A DNA stretch of 64,000 bases from Takakia lepidozioides (Eukaryota; Plantae; Bryophyta), in assembly GCA_030704615.1 (NCBI GenBank), contig CM060732.1:82708001-82772000 (forward strand), in the 5' to 3' direction. The notes beneath the pieces were generated by a model. That model worked only from the letters and a program-made list of their open reading frames with translations, ran no database searches and had not been told where the DNA came from. Positions 50,319 to 63,897 of this stretch are shown piece by piece (the first letter of the stretch is position 1; each line of letters starts with the position of its first letter). Made by a program: the position numbers and the translations under genes.

Positions 50319-53300
50319 TCACAGCCAACCTCCAACACCAAAAATTTCAAAGAAATTTAAATACTGGCAGCAATCTGGAAATAAGAGGGTGATAAAGTCA
50401 CCGGGCCTTCCCTCCCAATATTTCATCATCAGTCCACACGCAATGAAGGTGCTGACAGTCTGCTTTGGGATCAAAAACTGCATTTCGCATAGGCTCAACT
50501 GACTTGCCCACGTCCGTAGAGGCCCACCCTTGTCATAAGCATCTACCATTATCTGGTATGTTTCAGCAGTAGGAGTCATATTTGCGTCCCGCAACTCATG
50601 AAATGTCTGCTCCATCATATCAAACCGCCCCCCTTTTCCGTACTCAGAGATCAACTTGTTGTAGATGTTGACCTGGAAAATCCAGCCACTCCCCTTCACC
50701 ACTTCCATAGCCTTCTTTAGCCGATCGTAGGCACTGTTCTTAGCGTACGCAGTTATAATGGACTCCAGAGTTCTTGGGGTTGCAAACATCCGCTTGTTCT
50801 GAAACATCCGCTCAATGGAGGTGTCCATTTCATCGTGTTGACCAGCATCAGCATAACACTCTATCACCATACTGTGTACTCGGGAACCATATTGGACCCC
50901 TGTAACACAATCAGAAAGCCGAAACCCTTGTTATGATTGGTCGGACGATAGCAGCAACCTAACCACAGACAGTGTCAAAGGGGGTCAAGATAGGAGAGCT
51001 AAGCAAAGATATACTCTCAGACGAGCAATCGTGTACTGATCAAGACTCTGATTGCAATGGCCAAGTGCCCGGGGTAGAAAGAGGGGCAGAGGAGCCTGCA
51101 AATGAACAGGGCCACCTCCAGTAGCCCGAACCCATGTTTGTTTTCATGGATTATTGGCAACGCAGTTGGTGCACTTGACATTGCCTGCAATAAGCAGCTG
51201 GAAATGCCAGGCTCAGGGAAGCATGCCCTGGTAACTTCACTAATTGTGACCATTTTAGTCTTAACCAGAACTTTCAAAACTCTGGGCTACCACATTCAAT
51301 GAGACTGACCCGGAGTAGCATCCATGATCTTAAGAGTCTCTTCCATCCTGTCAAACATCCGTGTCCGACTATACACCTCCACCAAGATCTCCCCAACCAT
51401 TGCATTTATTGGGATCCCTGCTTTTTGCATGCTTGTGAATGCTGCTTGCATTTTGTCAACATCATTTGCTCGTGCATACCCAATGATCTGAGCGTTATAG
51501 GTGATGACATCAGCGGTGCATTCGCCAGCTTCTAACTCTTTGAATGTCTCTTCCATTTGGACCAGCTGTCCAGCATGCATGTAGCCCCATATGAGGGCAT
51601 TGTACATGTGCCTGTCAGGACTAAACCCTACCTCCTTACAAGCCTCAAATATCTTTTTCATTTCTTCAGTCACACCCAATCGACTGTACATGGAAATTAG
51701 AGTATTATAGGTTACCAAGGTGGGCTGGCAATCCTCTGTGACCTTCATATCCTCAAACAGAGAAAGGGCCTGTTGGGCGTCATCGTTACGGCCGTAAGCA
51801 TGGATAAGGGCATTATAGGTTACAGCAGTTTTCTTAACGCCCCTCTTCTCCATCTCATGGAACAGATCTGTGGCCACCTGGAGCTGCCTCACCCTGCCTG
51901 CGAAAGATATCATTTTTGCATACTCCTTGGGGTTTGCCTCACACCCCAATTTGTTCTTCTTCCAGTTGAACACCTGCCACATTAATCAGTCTGTCAGCAC
52001 TGAACCATTCCAGTGACTAAAACTTCATCAGCTCCCACCAGTGGATCAGGCATAGTATATGAATGCATGCTGATAAACATGCGCATATGTTTTTATAAGT
52101 ATCCTTCTATTGAGTTTCAGCCATGATGTTGGCTAGCAAATGAGGAAGAGCAAATCAATATTTCAAGAAGAGTTCACTTCATCCAGGCAAAAGAAGCTTG
52201 TGAAGAGACTAAATACCAACATTTCATTTTAGCTTTGTCTCTAGCTCATCAGACGTAAAACCAGCGTAGCTATAGGGGCCTCCTGCACCCAGAACATCTG
52301 AAATTGAAGTACCAGCTCGTAACTACATACACAAGATCCACTACAGTATCCAACCATTGTGATAGGAAATATGCATGTAAGCGCAGAGTAGACTCCTGAG
52401 TCGAATTTGAAAGGTTACCGATGAAAACCCCATAAACCAAACATTACAGACAGCCATGAAAAGTAGTGTGACTACGATTTCACATCCCCCTACCTCCATG
52501 GCAAGCTGAGGCTTGGGACCTTTCTGCAGGGCATCTAAAAGTAGCAGCCATGGCCAGTTAAGCAAATGTTCAGACCGCTGCTCAAGTATCTGTTCAACAT
52601 CATGAGTGGTCTGTACACCTTCCAACATCTTCACGAGAGTAGCAACCACTGTATTCGACCTTGCTCGTGCATACCTGTCACCTCCTTTTCTTCTAAATGA
52701 AATTATTGAGCTCTCTTGCGCCGCCTCCAACTCCCCCTCTCCTGCACACAAAAAATTGTTTTGAGATAGCATGCAACAGTCATGTCAATACTACACAGCA
52801 TCTGAAATATGTTTCCAAAAGGTGTTGACTCTAATCCCACAACTTCGAGTTCACACTATGTACGAATGGAGCTTATTTAATGTAGAACACAGTGTACACT
52901 GGATCAACACACTCATAAAAAAAAAATCTCGATCTTTGAAAGACACAACAGATTACCAGATGTCTTGAGAGCAAAGGTAGCTCAGGGGTGTTCCTTGCAC
53001 TAGGATTTAACCATGATCCAATTTTAGACACTCTTTAGTCAGTTAAGCTACAGGACTAACGTGACCAAGACATAATTTGAAGCCACTTCCAGGAAGTTTC
53101 CAGCTGAATAAGTAACAACTTGACAAAGCTATCAAATCAGCACAGAGATTGGGGCAGCTATGGGGCACCAATGGATATACTCTAGAACCGGGAACAATGC
53201 TGCCCCTCTACAGTTCTCTTGGAAATCACCTAAGCAACCCCACAACAATATTCAGATTATCTGTTCTGGACCTTGCATTGCTTGCAGGCGTAGTCTTGGC

Positions 53301-53995
53301 TACCTTGTTACCTCCTTTGTTTGCATTCTCAATCCAAAATGACAAAACATTCAATGTGGGCATCTGGGTTTAGGGTTTTTGCACCCCAAGTATTTTATGT
53401 CAATTCTTCAAAGTGTTTGCGGTAATATGATTGATTTCATGTCTAGAAGTTTAATGCAACAGGGACTAATTGGACATGAATTCATGCATCCTGGAGTTTC
53501 TCCCATAGAGCAGGAAAGCATCACGTGCATCTACTCTTACTGTATGGAGCAGTTGCTGACATCTGCAAGGGCTAAAACGTACAAATTTTTGCACCTCAAC
53601 ACCATCTTTTGAACTTCCAAATCCAGGAACCATGGAAGTAGTACAATCAAAAGTAGGAGAATGCTTGTGTGATCCTCACAGCATCGTAGCCGAATCAATC
53701 TCCTGGAAAGAACAGTACCTTCAAGATCCGGTGTACTCGCAATGCTAGAATCTACTGATGTGGACAGGTAAGCAGAGCTCCCTCGACGGCAATCCTGGCA
53801 CTTGTAGTGGCTGGGCGTGGACCTCCTATAGTCTCCTCCATATCTGTCCTCCTCTTGCCTCCTTAAGAGAATCTGCTGCAAGAATGAAAAGGTATGGAGT
53901 TCCTGGGCATCACCTACTTGTCTAGTCGCGGCACCCAATGCATCCTCAGATGTGCTCGGGCCCACATTGAAAGAAACCCCCCCCAATCTGCGCAT
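50319..53995 (-). CDS. P-class pentatricopeptide repeat protein (multi-exon; both ends uncertain)
   Basis: Tandem 35-aa repeats (TYNALIHAYGR, TYNTLISMYSR, MYNALIWGYMH, IYNKLISEYGK); exons near 53995-53719, 52742-52493, 51973-~51310 and 50899-~50530. Confidence 0.88.
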
Positions 53996-54399
53996 CAACG
54001 GCCACAGATGATTCTCTCCTCGTATAATGTCTTCCCCTACCCCTCTGCCCCTCAACACTCGAAATCCAACACCACCGAGCTTGTGACTGCACCCATTTTC
54101 CCCGCCTGCCAACAGCAAACCCTCTCTCTCTCTCTCTCTCTCTCTTCCTATTCTGGTTCAAACACTAAGTTCTCCCTCTCTCTCTCTTCTCCCCAAAATC
54201 TAGAATGGGTCTTCCACTCATGTCTGCATACTTCTGAGTCTGTTTGGTGATGCACAACCTAGTTAAACCTATCTATCAAAACTACCCATAGATTTGTTGA
54301 TCTGTTTGTGAATCAGGGATGTAATCGGTATTTTAGTGTCGGGTTTCTTATCTACACAGTTTAGTGTTTCGATTCAATATTACATCTTTGTAAAGAAGA

Positions 54400-56000
54400 C
54401 ATGAATTTATGCAGACTTCCACATAGTTTTATAAAAAGACCCAAATGGGGTGACTGTACAAATGGGTAAGACCGTCCCAAGAGGAGAAACAAATCTCATA
54501 GAGCTAGAGGTTTTCCAGCATAGCACGAGGGTGTCACGACATGTTGAGGATGTGTTGCTTGTCGATATTTGTAAAGTGCTTGTGATGAGCGTCTTCACAT
54601 TTATCAGAGCTAACGAGATCATGTTGTGTGGAACACCAAGACCAGCTGCGGGGTTGTAGAAGCTCTCTGGAACTCTACTCCACCAGACAGTAAGTAGAAT
54701 TGTGCCTGGCCAGTTTGATAAGTCTTCTTGCTCCATGTTTAGGTCTATAACTCCTCTTCTGGTGTTCGACCTGTGAGACATGCATTTCAGTTATTTCCAC
54801 AGCATGCTCTGTAGCGCCTTTTGCATCTTTTTGACAATTTGATGCCACTTACATTTTATGCAGTAAAAAGTCTTGAGAAGAGCTCTTTGATCTCTCTTAT
54901 ACTCACCTTGAAAAATCTTAGGAACAACACATGTCACTTCATTATTGTAAGGCTAACTTCAAGTAGAAAAACCATATATCAAAACAATCATGACAAATTG
55001 GACAAAACATTGCCAACAATCCAAAACAAGAAGAGTGGTTAGAAGTTGGAACAAACAACAACAACAACATGGAGAAGAATGCATATAGAAGACTTACAGT
55101 TTAGTATCTTGTGGAAACCATTAACAAATGTCACATCCGAAAGATTGCAAAAAACGGCCCAGACTAGGCAAGCCCTAAATCTTTGTCTTCTACTCTGGTC
55201 AAGTAGCGAGTCCCTTGAATGTGTTCCTGGGCATGTCGCACTAAACTAAACAAGAGCATTAAACCCTTTTCGATCAAAGTCGCTTCAACCGAGCCTCCAT
55301 GTCTTCAAGAGAAGGACCCATCCATGTTCCAGCTAACTGATCATTCAATATATTGCTCATACTGTCACGTCACCGTCATCTTTCACATGTGCTTGATTCT
55401 TCAATTAGGGTATCCATATTTGAAACCACCTAGCCATGATAAAAACTTGATATTGACCCTAAAGGAGGAGCTAACTTTTGGGAGTTTTCCCAAAAAGTGG
55501 GCCATACCCTCCATTGATGAGCTGTAACTTCCTACCCCTTACATCCAGCTGGATGAACCATTCCATTTCATCCCTACCTACTACATGAAGGTCCTCAGAA
55601 AATTGTAGCACTTTTGACCGTTCCATTTAGTAGATTATAACAAAAGAAAATTAAACAAGTTGAAACCATGAACAAAAAAAGAGAGGAAAAATTGCTTTGA
55701 CCATGCAAGTTTGGTGATTTTACATTTTTTCTTGAAGAAATGGCCTCCAGAATCTGGATTAGGGGCAACCAACAGGTCATCTCCCAGAATCTCACACCAA
55801 AATGCCAAAATTATGGGGGGTTGCTTTGAATGTGAAATCTAGGGGGTAAAAAATCTTGTTTTGGCTTCTTTCCCAAGTACACCCAGGAGGTGACATTTGT
55901 TTTCCAATTCCTCTGGTAAGTAAGTGCACAGTAACATTTCATGGTGCCTTGTCCAAATTTTTTGGCATTGTGATAAATTTTCAGCCCTAGATGTTATCTT
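54400..56000 (-). pseudogene. Possible highly decayed LINE-like remnant
   Basis: Broken coding-like stretches (e.g. VTPFGSFYKTMWKSA, reminiscent of the LINE post-RT region); no diagnostic motif. Confidence 0.25.
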
Positions 56001-56739
56001 GAATATTGCCCATTTGGTTGCCACGTAGGCAGGTCAATGGTGCTCTAACACTGGATTTCCTGAACCCTGGTACTTTGCAAAATTCTAGGGAGCAGAGCTT
56101 TTATGATTTTTTTGGCGCTGTAAATTCACATGTGCGCTCCTCTTTGACATGTACAATTCATCTTCAAGGTTCACTTCCATCCAATATCATCCATGGGAAT
56201 TGGAGCGTGGCCCGACCCGAAACGTCGCGTAGTCCTTTAGGGGTTAAGGTTATGAGGTGTGCATAAGTCAAAACAACAATATGATGCATTGCTATTACAG
56301 TTTCCAGGACCGTAGTAGAAATATTCAATTGGTATATGGAGCCAGGTTACCCTATGGAATTCATCCACACGTATTTTTGTAATGCAATAAACAATCAACA
56401 CGTCGTCAACCGGCTTGATTATGTATGGATCCTAGCACCTTGCTGACGTGGCTGGTTCCATTCGTAACTCACTCAATTTTATTTCTAACTTAGTACGCCT
56501 GCCCTAAAATAATGAGGAATTTTAACCTATTTTTGCCATTTGTTGTAAAATTATAAAATTATTCAAGCATGATCAATCGGAACAGCGAAAACGAAGTTCA
56601 AACTTGTAGTAAAAATATTGCTTTTGTACTAATGTTATATTGAGTTTGTACAGGGAATAGATTCAACAGCACACTACATTTGTAATCATTCACCTTTCCC
56701 ATCCAACTCAAAATATACTTGAAGAGCATAAACATATCA

Positions 56740-57220
56740 TGAGAATATTTATCACCATTTTTCTTTAAAACTTGACCAAAGAAGGTTGTGAGCATGTTAT
56801 TCAGCATTGTCATGTCACGATCTGAGATTTCCTCAATTGATAATGTTAAAGACAACTTGTTTAGAACTCTCCAATCATTGAACTGGGACCTTGCCCAATT
56901 CTCAGACTTCCAACTTCTTCATCGACCTCTATTCTCAACATTTTCAAGTTCTTCCGTGCTCATAGTGCGGAATTCCTTAGAGAGATTTTCATCGAGTGGT
57001 ATGTTATCGTATGATCCATTCAAGATACTACCAAAGGTCAATGTAGCAGTGGGGAGTATATATTGATTACAATCTGAAAAGTTCTTCAGCGATCTTAGCA
57101 GCAAGCCAACCAGCAAACTGGCTCATGTAAGGTGTCGTTGGAAGGTCTGGAATACATTTTAAGGGCCCACCCTCGAAAGGGGGCAATAAGTGGCTCTTAG
57201 TTACGCGGGCCTCGGCTAGA
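56740..57220 (-). pseudogene. Crypton-like tyrosine recombinase N-terminal remnant 2
   Basis: FRTMSTEELENVENRGR*RSWKSENWARSQFNDWR..SIEEISD..LNNMLTTFFGQVLKKNGDKYS aligns by eye with remnant 1. Confidence 0.65.
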
Positions 57221-57899
57221 GTCTTCTCTCTCTCTCTCTCTCTCGTATACATAATCTGCCCCAAAGCATGATCAACAACCGTCGAAATGCATGTCTAAAA
57301 TATTCCAGGAAGACTTCTCAAATAAGAACAGGTGACCAAGATGTGTGCAATGACTAGAATATGAGGTAATTCGAGAATTGAGGGTCATAAAATAAGACAA
57401 TCTCTCCATCTGTGTTTTACTTACTAAGCTGTGAAAAACAGATAGAATTTTCAAATCCGCACAAGAGCAGCTATTACAGCTTGGGGATGGCCCTTATGTT
57501 ATCAAGGGCAGTGTTGGTGTCAACAAATCTGTCAGCAATGAGAACATGCAATGCAATCAAGCTACTGATGATAACATAAACATTACAGTTCTCTGAATGT
57601 CATTTATTAACAGCTCCGAGTGGCATCAGACTAGAGTGACTGTTGCTGCTATTTCGACGGTGGACTGGTGGCATGTCTCATGTGATCCCTTTTCGACAGC
57701 CGTGTGTGGCTTTCTGTATAGTGAGCTGGTTCTGCCCAGGAACCCTGCTCGCGGGGGTGACTGGGCAGAATCGGCTCACTCATGCCAATTCCACTGCGTA
57801 GTAGAAATGTTCAATTTCCCGATAAAGTTTCTGGTGATCGTTTTTTCGACAAATAATATCTTCAATCCTTCTACATAAGCTTCTCAAGCTCGATGGACC

Positions 57900-58508
57900 A
57901 GGTTACATGTAGCTAATTGTAGGCAATGGGGCAGTCGTCTACGTTTCTTTTCAAGGTATTTCTATGTTTTTGTTTAATTATGGGTTAGACTAAGGCTACA
58001 TTGCTCGCAGGGAATGGAGCGAGACTTGTCGCTCTTTCATTTCAAGATGTAGTTTTTTTGTCTTTGCAGCAGCACTGTACTCAGATCGTTTTAGACATTT
58101 CATGGTACCTGTAGCTAATTGCATGTAATGGGACAAGAATCTGTCGTCTCTGTTTCTATTCAAGTGTATTTTCTATGTTTGGTTTAATGATTGTTAGACT
58201 AATGTTTCGCTGCTCGTAGGGAATGGAGCAAGGTTTCAAGATGTAATTTCTTAGCCTTTCCAGCAATGTACTCATATCGTTTCAGATATTTCATGGTACA
58301 TGTAACTAATTGCAAGTAGTGGGGCAAGAATCAGTCATCTCTGTTTCTTTTCAAGTGTATTTCTATGTTTTTGCTTAATGATGTGGTAGACTAAGGCTAC
58401 ACTGCTCGCAGGGAATGGAGCGATACTCACTCATCGTTCTTTCATTTCAAGATGTAGTTTTTTTTTCCCTTTGCAGCACTGCACTCATATCGTTTCAGAT
58501 TTTTCATG
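57900..58508. repeat. Tandem repeat, ~190-210-bp unit, three copies
   Basis: TAGACTAAGGCTAC..GCTCGCAGGGAATGGAGC..TTCAAGATGTA..CTCATATCGTTTCAGA recurs three times with divergence. Confidence 0.85.
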
Positions 58509-58699
58509 AAGGTGATTCTCAACCTATGGTGACTGCATTGTTATATTCCACTGAAATTCAAAGGCTTCTATAGATAGATGGAAGACAAGCCTCTCCACAT
58601 TGTTACTTAATCCATGTTGTCAAGTAGATTTGAAATCTTTCTAATGTGATAGAATGTGTATGCTATTATGGAACATAAGAGGTTATGTGGAACTGAATT

Positions 58700-59190
58700 T
58701 GTGCAGTTTTACATGCAAAATGATTCTCATCCTTCGTCATGACCCGGAAACCATAGATGTTCCAAGAAGTGGAATGTCAAACTTTCATTGTCCATCTTTT
58801 TATGTAGGTTTGAGACTATATCAGGCCCATTTGTAAATGTGCTGAATACTCCCGTATATAGTAGGATTGGTACAGAGGAGAACGTTTCCAGAGTGGTTGA
58901 TAGATGTTAGATAAATATACACCATCTACAATTTTGCAAGCCCAAACTAATTCAGAACCTAACTTTCTGTATGAGTATTGAGCTGTTTCTGTGTCACCTG
59001 CGATGTATGGAACTACCGCATTTTGGTGGAAGCTATCAGTTTTCTTGGAATCCATGCCTGTTTTGCCGTATGTAAATTTACTTCTAAGTTTAAAGGTTTG
59101 AAGTCCTTCTGAGAGAAAATGATGTCTCTGCAGATATGTCAGAGATAATTCAAAATGAGCACATTGCTTTGCCTGTTGCAATGAAGCCTT
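58700..59190 (-). pseudogene. Crypton-like tyrosine recombinase catalytic-domain remnant 3
   Basis: AHFELSL; WKRSPL; YSLKPT..DIP..MVSG(H) with the HxxR...GH spacing of DUF3504-type recombinases; stops and a frameshift. Confidence 0.45.
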
Positions 59191-60728
59191 GAATGCAATG
59201 ATCTTCAGGTATAATAATGATCAGCCATATCTTGATACTACTTCTCAGCCAAACCTTAAGAGTTTCCAGTCAAACCCTGAGCATATTTCAGAGGACATGA
59301 AAATGAAATATTTTATATCCTTGAGAGGGAATTACAATCAAGAAGAAAGAATCAGGACTCCCCCCCAAGGAAGTGTAAATTATTGTCACATTGTAGTGTC
59401 TCTTCATCTTCCATTCCATTGGAAGGTAATACCGCAAGGCACAAAGACCCAACCACTCTAGGCTACGTGCTCGACTGCGGCATTACAATCACATATAGTG
59501 CGAGGGAAGTCCTGGTTAAATCTGTATTTAATCCTCTAGCTCAAGTCAAGAAGCTGCCGGTGTGAGACTTCACAGGCTGAGAAGAGCTTGCAAAGCGGCA
59601 GGGTACTTCTATATCTGGAAGTTTGACGTACCGTCTTCCAACAATGGACACCTTGTTTGACAATCACTCGCGGCCTTACTCAGAGAGCGACTATCGCAGC
59701 TTTGATCGTGATACAATTCCTAAACTACTTGTTGCTATTAATCGCCGTTCTTCGAAAGAACGACCTTACAGCAATGGCTTTCAATCCAACAGCCTGGTGA
59801 AATCGGCGGATTAGCGGTTGGCTTGCTTGAAGGAAAGCCTAATGCTCGCTGTGTATATGCGACACTAGATGCTAGAAGGCTGTTTGCAACTCTGTGTCAG
59901 AACTACCGCAACCTCGCAACGGGATCACATCATCAACGAGTTTCGGAAGCCAAGTTTCATTTGACAGCCATAATAACAGGGAGCAATGTGCAGCGGATCT
60001 GCATACCGACCGGTCTCAGTTAACAAGTCTCAAGGATGTCACGTGGTTCATACCTGAAAGTCGCCATCTCCATCTTGAAGCGCTGCTTTGGACTAGCTCC
60101 TCTACTTTCCTTCGCTGTCCTGAGAATCCACAGCGCAAAGCTGGAGGCTATGGTCTCCGAAAGGTCGAAGGTACATCCGTGCTTCACGCCGACACACGTA
60201 CCGCATACGCTCCCCTGCTCACCACGATACGGTCTCTCACTCACTTACCTCCCCGTTGCCTCTCACCATGCAAGCTGCACAAGTCGGAAGCGAGCCCCAC
60301 CTACCTACTGCTTCTATATTCTTGGACACGTGCTCACCAACCCGTATGCCAGGGGAAAAGGCATCCCTGAGTCGCCACGTACCCTGTCACCCCCGCTGTC
60401 CAGCGCCACGTATGCACGAACAAGGACGGGCCTGTGTGCAATCATAATATTATTAGTACTTGTAAAACATTATTAATGGCGGGCATATCTGGAGGGGACA
60501 GGTGGCGGCTGAGGAGAGGCTAAACCCGGGGCGATAAAAATCGGGTAGGGGTGGGGGGGGGGGTAAGGAAGGGAGGGAAGAGTGCGTAACAAAGCGACAT
60601 GAACGAGTGCCTCTCTTGTTCCTCTTCTTCTTCCTTGTGCGGCTCTGGTAGGTACCTCCCCGTCGTGCTCGTGCTTCACGCATTCTGGGCTCTTGTTGTG
60701 ACTAGTGTCAAGGCTGTGCGACGGAAAA

Positions 60729-63700
60729 ATGAATACCGAGAAGGAGAGAGAAAGCTATGTGTACATGGCTAAGCTTGCAGAGCAAGCGGAGCGTTATGAC
60801 GGTTGGTTCTTCGCCTGCCTTGCTCCTTTTGTCTCGTTGTTCACTGTTGTTTGCAATGGCATCTCTTCTTAGCGTCCGGCGTCCATGAACTTGTTTTGCA
60901 TTTTTTTGTGCCGTTAGGATGTACCGGCCGCGGTTGTGTAAATCCGAATCTGGTCAGTTTGTCAGGCGCCGTCGTCTTATGAGATTTCGGTTTTCATGTC
61001 CGGCATTTTGTTTTGTTTTTTTTGTGGTTGGGGGAGTGGTTGTTTGCCTCCATCTCCAGGCTTCTGTGTTTTGTAACTGTCGGTTGCTTGTGAGTGGTTA
61101 TGACAAAGAGATTCATCTTTCTTGATTGTGTCTTAACCTACTCGTGGGAATCGGTCTTGGCTACGGCTGGTCTTGCTATTTGCGTACGTAGCTTCAGCGG
61201 CTGAGGTATAGCACTATCAGAGATGACCCCATGTAGGGAGGTTTATTAACGTCTGGGGTTTCGCTTCGTGGGCACCCTACAACATATTGGATTGTAGCGG
61301 TTCGCTTTCATTTGTTCCTGATTGGTGGGGCCGCCTGTTTCGGTCCTGCGATTGTCCTTAGAGCTATGCTCTATAATTTCACGTTTTCTGATTGCTTTAT
61401 ACAGTTCTGTCTCGTAAAAGTTTCGCTTTGACGCAATGTTGACTAAAAATTGTCTTGACAACTCCAGTTCCTACGCCTTGTCTGCCTGGCTATCAACGTT
61501 TTGTGGTTAATTATCTCCTGGCATGCCTTTGCAGAAAGCTCTGGTTTCGTCTAGACACCTTCTCATGTTTGCATTGTTGTTACAGAGATGGTTGAATCCA
61601 TGAAGAAAGTGGCGAAGCTAGACGTGGAGTTGACTGTAGAGGAGAGAAACCTGCTCTCAGTGGGCTACAAGAATGTTATTGGTGCACGGAGGGCTTCTTG
61701 GCGGATTATGTCATCTATTGAGCAAAAAGAGGAGAGTAAGGGCAACGAGCAGAATGTCAAGCGCATCAAAGACTACCGGCACAAGGTGGAGGAAGAGCTA
61801 TCCAAGATTTGCAATGACATTCTAACTATCATCGACGACCATTTGATTCCTTCATCCAGCACAGGAGAATCTACTGTTTTCTATTACAAGATGTACTTCC
61901 TATGACCTCCGGCATTCTATCAGTTGTGGCTACCCAGCGAGTTTGCCAGTATTAGCTTCCTTCCATTGCTGTGATGTCATCTTTATCATAGGATGCTTCA
62001 CTGTTGCTGTTTTCATTTTGCAAAGATTTGAACTGTTGGTGGCATAATTTCCACACGAGCGTTGCAGTTCCAATGGGTGCCATACAAGACCGAAGAGCTG
62101 AGACTTCACACATCAAAGCATTCTTGATTGTTTTTTGCACCTGTAGTCTGTCAGTCATTTATGTTCTGTCAGCTTCACTTCAAAATATTTTCCTTGTGTT
62201 TCCAGGAAGGGTGATTATTACCGCTATTTGGCAGAGTTCAAGACAGCAAATGAGAGAAAAGAAGCTGCTGACCAGTCTCTCAAAGCATACCAGGTGATAT
62301 ATCCTTTCCCTCACATCTTATGAACTAAGGTCTATGTTGGCAAAAGCCTTCTCTAGAGTCTGAGTTTTATGTGTCCCTGAGGTGTCTCATGAATTTCTGC
62401 ATTGACCGGTGCTCGTACTTGTACTAAATGGTCCATTGAAACAGTCAGGCATACTTAATATAATGTGTGCTGAGGCCGTGTGGACATGGGAATATTTGAT
62501 GTACCCCAGAGGTTTCCTTTAAAAAACTCTTCTACTTGTTGAATTTTGTGCAGGCTGCTTCCAACACAGCAGTCACAGACTTGGCTCCAACTCATCCAAT
62601 CAGGCTGGGGCTTGCACTTAACTTCTCAGTTTTCTATTATGAGATTCTCAACTCACCTGAGCGGTAAGTGCATCATGTAGAGGACATGATCAGTTGTGTC
62701 CAGACTACAGTAATTTCTACCTAAATGTTACTGCAACCTAAACATCAACATGCCAAACCAGCTGCATGACACTACAGAGATACTCCAGAAAGAATCATAG
62801 ACCCCAACAATAACCACCCAGCCTAAGTATTGAGATTCATGACAGAAAATAGCAACCCTAGAGCTTGCCAACCAGATACCAGACTAAGGAGGAATTAAAC
62901 TGGGAACCAAGCTCCACCCTGCAGATATAGCTACCAGCAGCATTCAGAGATCACTAGCACCCACTGTAGATGTATGGGTCAGTGACATGTTGGTGTGTAA
63001 AGTGGGAATATTGGCCATAAAGAAACTTGACATGACTGACTTGGTGCATACTGCAGAGCTTGCCATTTGGCCAAACAAGCATTCGACGAAGCTATCGCAG
63101 AGCTTGACACTCTAAGCGAAGAGTCATACAAGGATAGTACATTGATCATGCAGCTTCTCAGGGATAACCTCACTCTTTGGACTTCAGATCTGCAGGAGGA
63201 TGGAGGTGAGAGTTGAATTATGTTTGCTGAAGTTTCACATTTTGTGCAGGTGTTCATCACTACTAAGCTCCAGTTGTGAGTCACAAACTTGACAAATTCA
63301 ATTTGGTTGCTCGGCTGACTTGTTTTTCCAATCACTTGTTTTCGGCCATAGTGTTTGCTGTCACCAGGGATGTTTTCTTCTGCCTCTCCTTGGAACATGT
63401 ATCTACTTAGAAATTACCCTGAAAGGTGGCATTTCCATCATTGTCAGGTGATGACCAGCCGAAAGGTGATGATGCGGCAAGGGCTGAAGAAGCAGAGGTA
63501 TAAGATCATTTCAACCCACACCATGAGATTCTGAAGCAATGACATGGTCTGTGTGTTCAGCACATACTTCTTAAGGTTGATGCCTGTTGGGAATGAAAGA
63601 AGGTTTCTTCTGCAAAGTGTCTGGAAGAAATAAAGCAACAGTGAGCTTGTGAACTAGTGTCCATAGACTTGTTGATAGCTGTAGTTTGCCAGTTGCTAGT

Positions 63701-63897
63701 TGCCAAGTGTTTGCTCATATGTTCCTGGGGTTAGAGGGTTCCGGCTCTCTGATCGAGCTTACAGACAGTAGGGACATCTGCACCTTTAGGGCATTTCTGG
63801 TGTAGCCAAATTCGAATGAGGATGTTTTCCTTTTAGGTGAATTTGTTTTTCCTGTGTTCACAACGTAGTAATATATTGTTTCTTTGATGTGCAGTGA
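60729..63897 (+). CDS. GF14: 14-3-3 protein, epsilon group (259 aa)
   Basis: Exons 60729-60801, 61586-61892, 62206-62293, 62554-62663, 63057-63205, 63448-63497 and stop 63895-63897; [62 protein letters not shown]. Confidence 0.97.

Noticed and set aside
59380-60476. Short ORFs upstream of 14-3-3
   Set aside because: No recognisable motifs; likely promoter or intergenic sequence
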